Shown here in pieces: positions 25,671 through 37,500 of a DNA stretch of 64,000 bases. How positions within the stretch are numbered: position 1 is the first letter of the stretch; every line of letters begins with the position of its first letter. The DNA lies in the NCBI GenBank assembly GCA_036172245.1, contig JAYWIR010000004.1, forward strand, positions 5,580,001-5,644,000. The letters are read 5' to 3'. The position numbers were made by a program, and so were the translations under genes. Under the pieces are notes generated by a model. That model had not been told where the DNA came from. It was given only the letters and a program-made list of their open reading frames with translations, and searched no databases. The DNA comes from Raillietiella orientalis. Taxonomy: Eukaryota.

Positions 25671-28505
25671 TTAGGTTTCATTAAGTTTTGTGATTTCAGT
25701 AGGAACACCGTAACGTCTGCGCAATTTCTCTTGTATTAGAAGTCCACGAATCAATCGTTTCCACCGGCCATATATAATTTTTTCCTGCTTTTCTTTTTCC
25801 CTATTCATTTTCTCGTTCTGCTCTTCATTATAGGCATCAAGCAGCACTTCCCGGAACTGCTCACACACAATCCATCCTCCAATAATGGGATGAGTACTGC
25901 CACCGTGGATATCAAAACCTGTAACTGCTGGAGCACAGTCAATATTTAGTTTCTTGGCCACACGACATAAGCCAGGTTTATCAATGAATGTTGTTCCAAC
26001 AGGCAGCATGCATGGTTTGAAAAAATCCACATTTCCATACTGATTACGAGGTACAATACCTCCTTTTGCAACAGGAGGTTTGTAAGGTTCAGTCTGCCAT
26101 AATCCAAACAAATCTAGGGGCAAATTCTTCTCAACTTGCCCAGTCAGCTTAGAAGAAGGAAGTCAAGAGAAGTATATGGCTTTCTACATACTCTGATATA
26201 GCGTGGACGAGAACAAACTGTCTTATATGCTTGTTCTCCAATTTTAACTACACGAGCTTCACGCAACCATGTTTCTCTTGAATGAAGTTTATGAACAGTA
26301 TCCCGAGAATACACTGCTTCTCCCTTTATGTACCCAATAGGTGGTGCAGTTGGTGGATAAATTGCCTCAAACTTCAAAAGATGTCTTGGCAACACATATA
26401 GTGGGTGGCCTTTATACCTTGACAGCAAATAATTGTCCACTTTAGCTATCCACTTACTGAGACACTGCTGTTGGTAATGGTCGCTGGCCTAATTCCAACT
26501 CCAACTGCTTGTCTTCTGTTTGAGTATGCTTGGTGTGGGGTTCCTGGATACTGTAAAGGGCATGTTTAAGCCAGTGATGATCCACAGACTCCACACGAAG
26601 TTTTCTTGTGGTTGTAAGCCATTGTGTTGCATATCGATGAGTTACATCTTTAACTTTATTATTATTATTAAAAGCCATGACATACAATAATGGATGTGTT
26701 GCTCCAGACTAAATGAAAATAGAACCAAGTCCAGTTAGGTCCTACCTCAAGCTCTGAGACACAGTGAATCTTTCCTGTGGTCACGTCTACAGACAGCCAC
26801 TGCTCCTCCTCTTCCACATATACCTCAGCCCAGATGTCCAACCTTTCTTTGGAATGTTTAGATTTAGAATTCTTTTTTGCAAGAGTTGCATTATCTGAAG
26901 ATTGCAGATTACTACTGAATTAGCAATAGATGTATCACCAGTGCGTGGATAATGCGTTTTCTCTGGACTGGCATCTGGACTAATCACTAGCCTCTGGCGT
27001 TTGGTTCTGGTATTACTTCTCGTACAAATAGCCACAATCTTGGGCTCAAAGTCATCTGAACTAGATGAATTCCTCCTTTCTGTCAACTTAGATGAATCTA
27101 CATTCTTTCCAGCATTTGAATTTCTGAGCCTATCAGTTGCTGACATTTTTGGAACATTTAGTGGAACTTCTAGTTTATTGGAGATGTTACTCTTTGAATC
27201 CTTTCTTAATGATATGGATTTATCCTTTTTAGAAGTGGATGTAGCACATTTCTGTTGGCTAGGAGTATCTTTGGCTTTTGAAGCACCAGCAGTATCTTTT
27301 CTAAGGGGTTCTGGCTTGAGTGGCAACACTTGTAGAGATACAACAAGGCGTACTGAAATACCAAGGGCACGAGCAATCAATACAAACAGTAGTACTTTTT
27401 CTTCAAGTGTCTGCACTTTACTATTGACCAGAGCACTCATTAATACTTTTTTTATGGAATAATCCTCTGACACTGCTGCATAGTTACAGGTGCTGCATCT
27501 CAGATGATTCCCAGATTGTAAAATGGATTTTACACAACAAGTTTTACCACTGACTGCCAAAGGATAATGTGGTTTGTCCAACTGAGACTCCACACGATAT
27601 TTCTTGTGAAGGAACGTGCACAGATTACTCACATACTCTGTTTTTACTCTTTTGTGGGGATAGCAGTGTTCAGAGGGTAATGTAGATAATCCCATGGCAA
27701 GGAGATCAGGGTCATTTAATTGTTTGTTGAGGTATAAGTTGTGGGTCAGAAGAACTAGCAAGCTTACTTTGTGAAGGTGCTCCTGCTGTATTTTGCGAAA
27801 ACTTCTCATCTTACGCAACAGAAAAGCTTCTAAAATTTCCTGATCAGTCTTGTGTTTCTTTTTCTTCCTACCTAGTTCTTCAGGTAATGCATTGAGTACT
27901 ATTTCAACATTTGTAGTTGTTGTAAGATTCTGCTGATTAGATACTTCCTCCCACTCATCTTCATCTGTTGAATTTTCATGCATGTTTTGAGATTTGGTTA
28001 CTGTGGGTAGACGATCTAGGTAAGCTTCTCCCAACAATAATAATTGATCAACATTCATTTGTTCAATATCCCCTGCATCATTATTTGTTTTCAAGTTTGC
28101 TGATTTATCTCCTAATTTGCACAGTTCAGCATGCTGTTTATTCTCATATGTTTTAGACTGGGGAATTCTGATGTTTGCATTTGTGTTCTGTTTTGGCAGT
28201 TCACTATGAATTAGAGTTTTTGACTTTTTGTAATCTTGAGATCCAGCAAAATTCGATTTGTTCATGGCTGTTTGTTGGCAAGCTGCACTGTTTTTGCCTG
28301 CTTGTTGTTTAAATGTTTCACGAGACAATACTTTGCTCATTCGTTTGTTGCTTGGGCTCTTCGTCTTCTCATCATTTCTTTGCTGTCTCACCGATTTTCT
28401 GGTTTTTACTGAGGCAGTCTTCTTAACGATTTTGCTTGCAGATGAGCTGGAAACTGAAATTTTACCTTTCTCTTTCTTACGTTCCCTTTTTTTATTTTTT
28501 GCCAT
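25671..28505 (-). CDS. XPC: DNA repair protein XPC / Rad4 homologue, 5 coding exons, 889 aa
   Basis: Exons 28505-26939, 26894-26746, 26708-26458, 26417-26192, 26147-25671 (2670 nt, in frame; upstream in-frame TAA supports this ATG). Motifs: [126 protein letters not shown]. Minus-strand AATAAA at 25391-25386. Confidence 0.97.
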
Positions 28506-29499
28506 TATTTTCGAGTGTTTAAATTATTTTTCCCGCACTGGCTGTACCTACACAACTGTTTCAATGCTTCTGCAGTCAGCGAAAAGCATTTTACACATAA
28601 CATACTCCAAAACCTTTTGTTCGAACATTACGAATGGTGACCGTTTAGCGATCCTCAAAATTCCTGACATTTCAGATTTCACCTTTTCTTTCCAAAGGCT
28701 GCACTCTTGCTTGGGTCACCAGCAAATACGCCTCAGAACGCACTGGCACGCGTTGCGGCGATCTTTCCAAGGTCCAAGAGCTCCTGTGACCGCACAGCAC
28801 GAGGATTCTGGAAAATGAAATGACTCTCCTCGTTAGCAAGGAGCAGAACGGAAGAAAGAGAGACTCTGGGAGCACATCTAATTCAGTGGAATCCTAGTGC
28901 TTTTGCTTAGCATCACATGGCCTGGTTATCGATTCAAATAAGCTTAACTGTCAACAATCTACATGGACATAAAAGATAGATGCATTCCAACTTCACGGTA
29001 ATTCCTGGGCAAATGCAGGTGGTTTAAGCCACATTTGTGTTTCAACATGGTACGTGCACGCATGGAAACATGTACACTATCAGTAAAACAGAGCTCAACT
29101 CGCATTCAATGAAACCTAGCAGTGGGCGTACATGTACACCATATGTACGAACTATTAGGAAATGTGGAGCAGACATGAACTGCTAACTCTACTACAGATA
29201 ATCGCTGATTTGTCACATTTTGATATGCAGACTTTCGTATGCGTGCAAAAGTCTTAGGTATAGTCTCTAAGCAAAAGATGCAATTTCGTGCGGATGAGTA
29301 GTGTACGATAACCACCATAATGCTCTCATCTTGGAGCTGTTGTATGGAATCGATTTAAGATGAGATGCTGCCTCTAGCGTCCCTTCTGTTTGATCACTTT
29401 GGAGCTCTTAGCCTCCTTTTGTTCTGATTCTCCTCTGACTTTTAAGCCATTCTTTTGTTTGATTACCAGGTTTATGCGTGCTACACAAATGAAGTATTA

Positions 29500-30900
29500 A
29501 CACCAATATAGAAAAAGGATTTCCTTAGAAGTGAAACTTGTTAGCCTTAGATCACTCCAGGTACTGAAAACACCGGGATTGCTTTCGTTCCAAGTGGATT
29601 GAACTTTCGAACAATACGTGCTTGTGCAAAACAGAAGGGAGTTCTGAGGGCTTCTGGAGTTCACACTGCGATTGGAGTGAGACGGTAGATTACAAAGTTA
29701 GAAGGGAGGTATGAAACTTGAAATGAGAGTCAGAACCAGCAGTGGCTCTCCCTTGGCTTTCCCTCTACTCAAAAGAATGCTGGATCACTTCTGTTTGTAA
29801 GAAAGTCCTTGAAACTTCAAAACAAATCCTTTTCATGTAAAGTTATGAGTGATTAGTCATTCAAAAGGAGAAATGGCCTGCATGATTGCGCAGTTGCAGG
29901 TGAGGAGACCACACTGGTTTCAAGGCAGCCATTATCTGAAGCAAGTTTGCAGTAGGATAAATCGAGTGCTTTTATTTCTGCTACTTCCAGAAACTACTTT
30001 TTTGGCAGAAGTTTGATACTGACTTAAATCCAAGGATCTGTATATCCTCCTTCTGAAGATTACGGACTATCTATAAGGGGAGACTTCAGTAGGCATCTCC
30101 ACATGGAACCGAGTGAATGTTGTCTAAGCGAGGTTCTCCTCCTAGTTGATGGCCCTCCAGGTAAATTTCACAGATCCTTGATGATGACATCGAGGTACAG
30201 GCTCATCATGCAACTTCCTTGATCCAGCGACTGAATTCGAACGTTATCACGATTAAAGCATGCTAATTGCGAAAAACTTGCCAAACCGACTTATGAAGCT
30301 GAATCAGAAGGGAATTTTGGAGGAACCTCAGTATCGACTACTTAATCTACACATTTGGAAAATCTTACGCGGAAATTTCACAATCTTGTGTGAATAAAGT
30401 TCGACGAAGGTGTGATTTGAAGTTGGAGCTACTCGGAAGGATTTTTTGATGGGATCGGTCACGAGCTCTCTGACTCATTTTGCACCGAGCTCGACTCCGA
30501 CAGCATCTAAGAAGTTGATGCGAAGGTGCGTAGGAATCGCTTCAATTGCAAAGTTCTCGAAACAAGAAGGAACTTCAGGCGGTAAAGAAGGAGGCCAGGA
30601 GGCTTACGGAGGCTTCTGAATTGCTGTCAGCTCATCACGATGTCGTTCACGAGAATAACTGACAAAGAAAGGAGTTCCAAATGCGCGAATAAGGTGACAA
30701 TTTGTTTCCAAGGGGTTTCCAAGGGAAGGATGCCCGCAGTTATCGAAGCAACCCTGAAAAATCCTGATAAAACCTCAGGAACTGCTGTATCTTCAACTTC
30801 TGAGAAAGCACTGATTTGCTAGAGAAAATGCATTGAAGTAAGTTCATGCCAAATAACTGTATGTACTACTACAGTGGTATTACAGTAAAGAAGATCAGTT
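29500..30900 (+). mobile_element. Highly decayed RTE-like LINE fragment (endonuclease C-terminal half and linker)
   Basis: Broken motifs STW..., DG...LMMTSRYR (NQIDYIL..RW-like) and KALIC*RKCIE (RW.EYF-like) in the expected order. Boundaries are approximate. Confidence 0.3.
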
Positions 30901-31874
30901 TGATGCAGAATGTAACCTGCAACCATGCTATTACTTCTTAAGAAACAACTCCCTCCCGTATTCGTGATATCTCTATGTAAGACGAATTTCAAAAGAGCAT
31001 TAGCCTCGGAAATCAAGCGATACCTGCATTGTTTTTTTTTTTTTTGGAAAGATTCATGCCATCTAGAAAATCTTTCTAACAGTACGATTTTATATCTCAT
31101 TTGAAGAGCAGTTTCAGCAGATCATGGATCATTGCTGTGGTATTAGAATTTTATAGACTGCTTTTTGCATAGATGCATGCGTTTTCGATCCGTGGTATTT
31201 TCCAGTATGGTTATTGAAACAACTCTTAAGATGCTTACATTTGTATTCAAGGATTAGTTCAGAGTAATACCAGGTAAACATCTGGCGCAACCTGCTTGTA
31301 TATGTTAACTTATAATGTCCATCTTAACCAGAAGCTAATTCGATCTCCTAACTACATGCGCGTAGTGAGGGAAAATTGCAATTTCTTTTGTATAAGCCTA
31401 CCCTATGTGCCTCTTCAAATGAGTTTTTTTTTCTTTTCCTATTATCGATGTTTCCGACCATCATGGAAGAATGGTATTACGCCAATCAAGAGATAAGAAG
31501 CTAGGACCGATTTCCAGGTACACACAAAGGATAAATCCACTAAGTTTACCGTAAAAAAACGTCCGCCGTGCATTGTGTTCTTAAGAATGTTGCGGTAACT
31601 GCAAGTATGAATTCGAATACACCAAAATATTTAGGAACAAATAATCAAGGAGAGATAGGAAAGCGCGAGATCCTTCTTTAAAGAGATTGGAAAGTTTCAT
31701 GTTCCAGAACAAAGTTTTGCAACATTCATTTGCCTACGAACGTACTGTCTGCGTTTTAAAAATTGGTACATAAGCAAGACTCAATCATCCAAAATCCAAT
31801 GTTTGCCGAGGTCATTTGTATAAGAGAAAAACATCATGTGTTTACATTTAGTTATCTAACTTATGATATCTAAC

Positions 31875-32615
31875 TTACTCCAGTTACTAGTACAAACTTT
31901 AGTTCGATGCCTTCGAGTCGACGCTCGTTTATGGATGACCATGCCTAGGGCCGTTTTTGTCCTCACCATTCTTCGCGATTGATATTCTTCATCATATCGG
32001 TCCACTATTAGACACATGCACTGTGCATCCGAACAAACTGGAGCGATGAAACTGTGTGTTGGCTGCTATGCCGACGCAGCTTCATCGTTTTCGTTTAGAC
32101 AATTCCGTGGAACCACTGACCTTACATTAGTTAACATGTTCTCTAACTTATGATACATAATTCCTAGGTGCTTCTGTTCTAACAGTACAAACTGCCCGGG
32201 AACCCCGGGTGCCGTGAACTCTTGATGTACACGGAGTGGAATCCCAACAGTAAATCATAGCAAAGCTTTTAAGGTGTTTTTTTTTTTTAAAAAAAATCGC
32301 CAAAGCGACGGATCTCTCTGAATCATTAAGTGGGACAAGATAAAGGAAACTCCCGAATTTATGGAACACGTCAGTGGTTCCACGGAATTGTCTAAACGAA
32401 AACGATGAAGCTGCGTCGGCATAGCAGCCAACACACAGTTTCATCGCTCCAGTTTGTTCGGATGCACAGTGCATGTGTCTAATAGTGGACCGATATGATG
32501 AAGAATATCAATCGCGAAGAATGTTGAGGACAAAAACGGCCCTAGGCATGGTCATCCATAAACGAGCGTCGACTCGAAGGCATCGAACTAAAGTTTGTAC
32601 TAGTAACTGGAGTAA
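31875..32615. repeat. Long near-perfect inverted repeat: 246-bp arms (31875-32120 and 32370-32615), 249-bp spacer
   Basis: Right arm is the reverse complement of the left arm with one mismatch found by eye (cctcaccatt vs cctcaacatt). Confidence 0.97.
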
Positions 32616-33549
32616 ATATTATGGATCGGAAAAAAAAAAAAAAAAAATTAAGACTTCCAAATTACGGATTATACTTGTAATAAAATGAACGGAGAGAATG
32701 ACGCTTTATTGCTTTTTTGCTATCTTCGTCTCTATCTAGCAAGAAAGTACTAATCTATATGCCTACATTGACGGAAGAAATCTCTATGCAATAAAAGCGA
32801 ACAAATAAGGAAAATCTTGAATGCAGAGTTCGGGAGGAAGGAACTCACCATTGCACATATTCACTCAATGGAGGGATATTTCCAATAATCCAAATGGTTT
32901 GAATGCTCATATAGAGGAACCAAAGCAAACGTTCGGAATTTGGGCACGAGGACCACGAACTCACTCGTTCGAAAATCCCAAACTTTGATCTTAGCCAGAA
33001 GGCAGAGAAGCGATAAACGTGGGAAGTGGAGTAGGTGGACGGCAGAGCTGCCAAGTGAATAAGCTTTAAAATTTGCTCGCTTATCGCACTAGAAAATCAC
33101 TCGGAGTTAGCAGTCAGCCATGTAAACGGCATACCTACCTGCAAATCGCTTTTCCACACTGTCGGATAAACTGATGTGTCTTTGAAAATATTACCATGGT
33201 GATGAATTAGGTATAAACCCCAGAATGGTGGGCGGATAAGAAAAGTTTTTGATACAGTTCTTTCTAAAGCAGAAAATTAGCAAAGAAACAGAGAATCGCA
33301 CGGAACACGGGCTCAAAAACGCTTCGGCTGCACACATAATAAAAAACAGTTCTTCCTTTCTTCGATTTGGTGCATCGCTATCACTTCTTTAAAGACTTAA
33401 ATTCACTATCAATAGAAATTGTGGGTGATGATATCAGCTGTTTTACAGAAAATACGGTGAAATGCGTGGGACTAAAGACGCCCACCAGACGTCGTTACTT
33501 ATTTATATGTAATGTTAACGAAGAAATTTCTTTGATATGAGACCATATT

Positions 33550-34900
33550 TAATAACCACTACTCCTCACACTGCTCTGCTAACTTTCATAAATCTCTCGC
33601 AACCCTCATGGCAGCAGAACATTGACATCTCACTGTAAGAGGAGGCTCATCTTTTAAGAAAATGTTTGTTAGCCTAAGATTTTCCTCAATCCTGAAGTTT
33701 TGGAAAACTTTGCAAATTGTGCAGACGGATAGACCAGATGAAGAGGCTTAGTTTCTTTATTAGAACTTTGTATTTTGGCTGCCTGTAAATTGTAATTTAA
33801 CACTTCAGCCTAAACATAAATCTTATCAGTGTCGCACCTTTTCGCTCATGGGGAATAATTCCGGTGGAGCATTCAAAATTGTTCGACAGCCACAAGGAGG
33901 CTTTCATAAGCTTGGCCACCCACGCCACTGTCAAGATCATCCTTATCCGTGCTATAGTGTCCCTCAATTAAGGAAGGCTTTTTAGAAAGCTAACATAGCA
34001 CAGACCTTTCAGGAGTTTTGGAGCAGTGGCAAATAAACACTTAGGAAGTCTAGAACCAGGAGGATTTCTCGGTCACAATCACTTACATTGCAATCGTCAG
34101 CTCAGAGTGTCTGGATATTTGTTTGCTTCCAGACCTGCATAAAAGTATTATCCTCTAAAATAACTGTCACGTTCATTATGCGAAACAGAATACTAAATCA
34201 GGCCTTTTCGTGTCTAAACGAGAACTCTGCAAATAAGGAACTAACTGGTGTTGTTAACATTAATGGCGACTATTTCACTTAATGGCGACTCAGAGAAGAC
34301 CTTGCGATGAAGCAGGAACTAATTTTGCTAGGCTTTTATTCGCTCTCCCCAGAACAGGATCTTCAAAAGCCTTCTTAGTTTCAATCACAGCGGTCTGTTC
34401 GGTCTGAGGACAGCATACACGCTGAACTACTCCTTTGTCAGTGGGTTGGAAATCCTTACATTTGGATTCCAGATCTCGCCGAATTGCGGCATGTACTTCA
34501 TCCTACTGTAATGCAAATAATGCATCCATTAAATCTTGACTGTAAAGAATTCTGAGAAAGGGAAGGACTTGACGAATGTGGATAGTGGCACTAGTGAAAA
34601 GGTCGACAACTGCGTCCTGAGAAGCAGCTTGCACACTCCATTTAACCCTTAGCTTATTATTATTTAGATTTTGAGGTCGTTAATGAAGCTGTGGTGCACG
34701 CGCTTAAAGTCGTTAAGAAGCATTGGAATTTGGTTCTTCTGTATGTGAATAAGCATACAGTAGTCACATGATTTCATCTAAAGACTCCCGGAACAGGTCT
34801 AGCACCATTAGTAGATATACAGCACACGAGAGACGTATTATAAGAGTTCAGCAGTTACTAACATTTTCTGCTACTCATCAGTATATTAAAAAATTTGTTT
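33550..34900 (-). mobile_element. Highly decayed LINE reverse-transcriptase fragment
   Basis: Minus-strand STGIIPHERKGATLIRF (G.IP.EWK.A.IIP) followed by a TSGLRK (Q.GFR) remnant. Boundaries are approximate. Confidence 0.4.
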
Positions 34901-36549
34901 AGAGATCCTGAAAAAAGGGACATTAGAGGGACACTGTAGGGGAGCAGAAAACATGCCAGTGAATTTCCGGAGTCCTTATTTCCAGGAGACATCCGAAGAA
35001 TTTTGATTCATTAAAAAATATATTAATCAACAAATACATGAATTATTTCCATGTTTCGAAAATTGAGTGCAAAAACGACCTGATAATGTAAATTTTGCTC
35101 AGGGTTCGGCCATGCTCATTCTTAGAAGTTGGGTATGCATTTCTGACTTTAGTTTATGTGATTATGTGACATAACTGGATTCACCAGTCTAAACTGATAG
35201 GTTATAATTAATGTTGAATGTGTAGAGGGGCTGCTCTTTGGAAACGAAATTTGCAGTTTAGAGTGAAAAATAGTTCCATTTCTTCGTCAGATTACACTTT
35301 TATAATGAACGGAATATCTGTTACAAAGTGTAACATGATGGAATACATGACACATACATAGAAAAAAAATCAACGTTAGCGGTCAAACTACACATACTGT
35401 GGTAACTTGTAACATTTGGAATAATTCTACTTAACCGGTGAGTCATTTTTCTCAATGGGTGACCATCGTTTCCTTTGGAATGAAGCTTTTTTAGCAGTCA
35501 CTGTAATAGAGAAGACTGGTTTTTAAAGTATGAACACATTGACGGCCGTTGATGGCCTAAATCATGTCTCACTGACAACTTTGCGCTGGTGTGTTTTTTA
35601 ATTTGTGAAACAATTATTTAAAAGGAAAGAACGAAATTAAGTCATTTTCATACTGCCTAAATTATAAGGAATATGAGCTGTCTGATAACGAAGCTGAAAA
35701 AGTTTAATGAAAGATTAATCGATTCGTGTCTTGCATCTCGACTTCATCTCGTATTCTTCAGCGAGTGGAAGTTTAATTTCGCTCCTGTTTCCATGCCATA
35801 TCAATGTAAGTGTTAGATTTTCTACAGGAACCAAATTATCAGGGAAGCGTTAGCGACTGTTCTCACTCCATCACCATGACTTTGGAACGCCATGTCGAAA
35901 GCAGAAATTTAAAATTTTGCTATAGGAGCGGAGATTATGACGATGACCTTCGATCCATCTGGAAATTAATAGAGTTCCAAGTTTGTATGAATAACGCTAG
36001 GGCGCTTCTTATCCATGTGCAGTATAAAGCAAAATATTAAATACTGGGATTAGGGAAAGGCCAAACGAGTGAAGTTAATAGGGAAACAACAAAAATGGTA
36101 GATCCGATTCCATCTGATTTACTTTGCCGAATGGCGTATATTACATAAAAATATGAATTACTGATTGCATAGGGAAAATGTCTATGTGACAAGTAGTGAC
36201 TCACCATCCTGAGAAGATGTATGCTCCATCAATGGTCAAACGTTTCAGTCTCAATATTTCGGCCAAGCTGACCTTATACCTTCGAAAGGATTCTACACTC
36301 ATTTTCATTTCGTGATACTGGGTGTAGACTATTGCTCAGCGATTCAGGATATGCTGGGGAATGACTTTTCCTTCTTAAAAACTAAATCCCCAATTTTGTT
36401 GCCTGCAGGTGAACCCCTATGCACAATACATAAATCTCGCCAGCGTTTTCTTCGTGTTCAGGTTCTCTGGTTCCTATTTCTTTGTGTTCTGTAGATGAAT
36501 TCATGTCGGTGTAGTGTACCTGTAACGTGGTCTGTAGTGATGCATTGTG

Positions 36550-37500
36550 TGTGCTTTGAATCGTGTCAACTTTAGCATCAACCGGTACGGGTAAAATTTA
36601 TAGCATGTACAGTATCACTGCATCATGCCGACACAAGTGAATTTCTCTTTCTCCGACTATCACAGACATTCACATTTCCAATGAGCTTAGCCAAGACCCT
36701 TCTATGGAAAATCCCATTAGAAACGGCACCACCGTTGCTTGTATCGATGAGATGCCCTAATTTATAATTTGTTCATAAATTTTCATGTCTCCTGAACTAA
36801 AAAGGATCCTTTGTAACCAACTCTGAGGTCTGTGAGCCGTTTTCCTCAATCCTGTGGTCCCTTCCTGCAGTTTGCGGTTCGAGTCCCACTGCAGCCTTTT
36901 AGCGTTTCTGTTCACAGTATAGTTCTTTCTCCCGTCAGTGGTTTCCTGCGGAATCGTGCTCTTCAAAATCGGTCTTTACGAGGCCCTCAAATCACCAACC
37001 ATGTCTCTCTGAACACTTGATTTGTTGTCAAAAGCGAACCCATGAACTTCCTGCATCTGCATGCAATCTGCCTTGTTTTTGACGAATTTACTTCAAAGCA
37101 CTTACGACGTAGCTGAAGATTGCTCATCGCTTGCATAGTTTCCAATATCAGAAAGTTCACGTCATGCTCATCAAGTGAAACATTTAGAGTTTGCGCTAGA
37201 AATTAAGATGCTGTGGATGCAATGATTCTTTCGCAAAATGTCACTCTTCCGCTGAGTCCTTTTCATTTTCCATTTCATCTCGACTCCTTTCGGAACAAGG
37301 CGTCACTTAATGTGAATGATCCCATGTTTTCTCTTCTCTTAGCGGATGTATGGAGTTCTCTATCCTTTCTGTTCCAACAGCACGCGACGATTATTCAACT
37401 CTGGTTTCTTTCTCCAGTCATGCTCCGACGTCGGCAAATTTATTTTTCTAGAATCTTCCTATCTTCTCGCAATACACGAAAGCTTTGAGCAACGAGCACC
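36550..37500 (-). mobile_element. Highly decayed LINE reverse-transcriptase fragment
   Basis: Minus ORF 36966-36757 contains RKLQEGTTGLRKT, matching L.EEQAGFRK of RTE RT. Boundaries are approximate. Confidence 0.35.

Noticed and set aside
27001..28818. Plus-strand ORFs of 153 and 186 aa
   Set aside because: Antisense shadows of XPC exon 1.
31875..32615. Mutator-like element with long TIRs
   Set aside because: No 9-10 bp target-site duplication, and junction micro-repeats surround only one arm.
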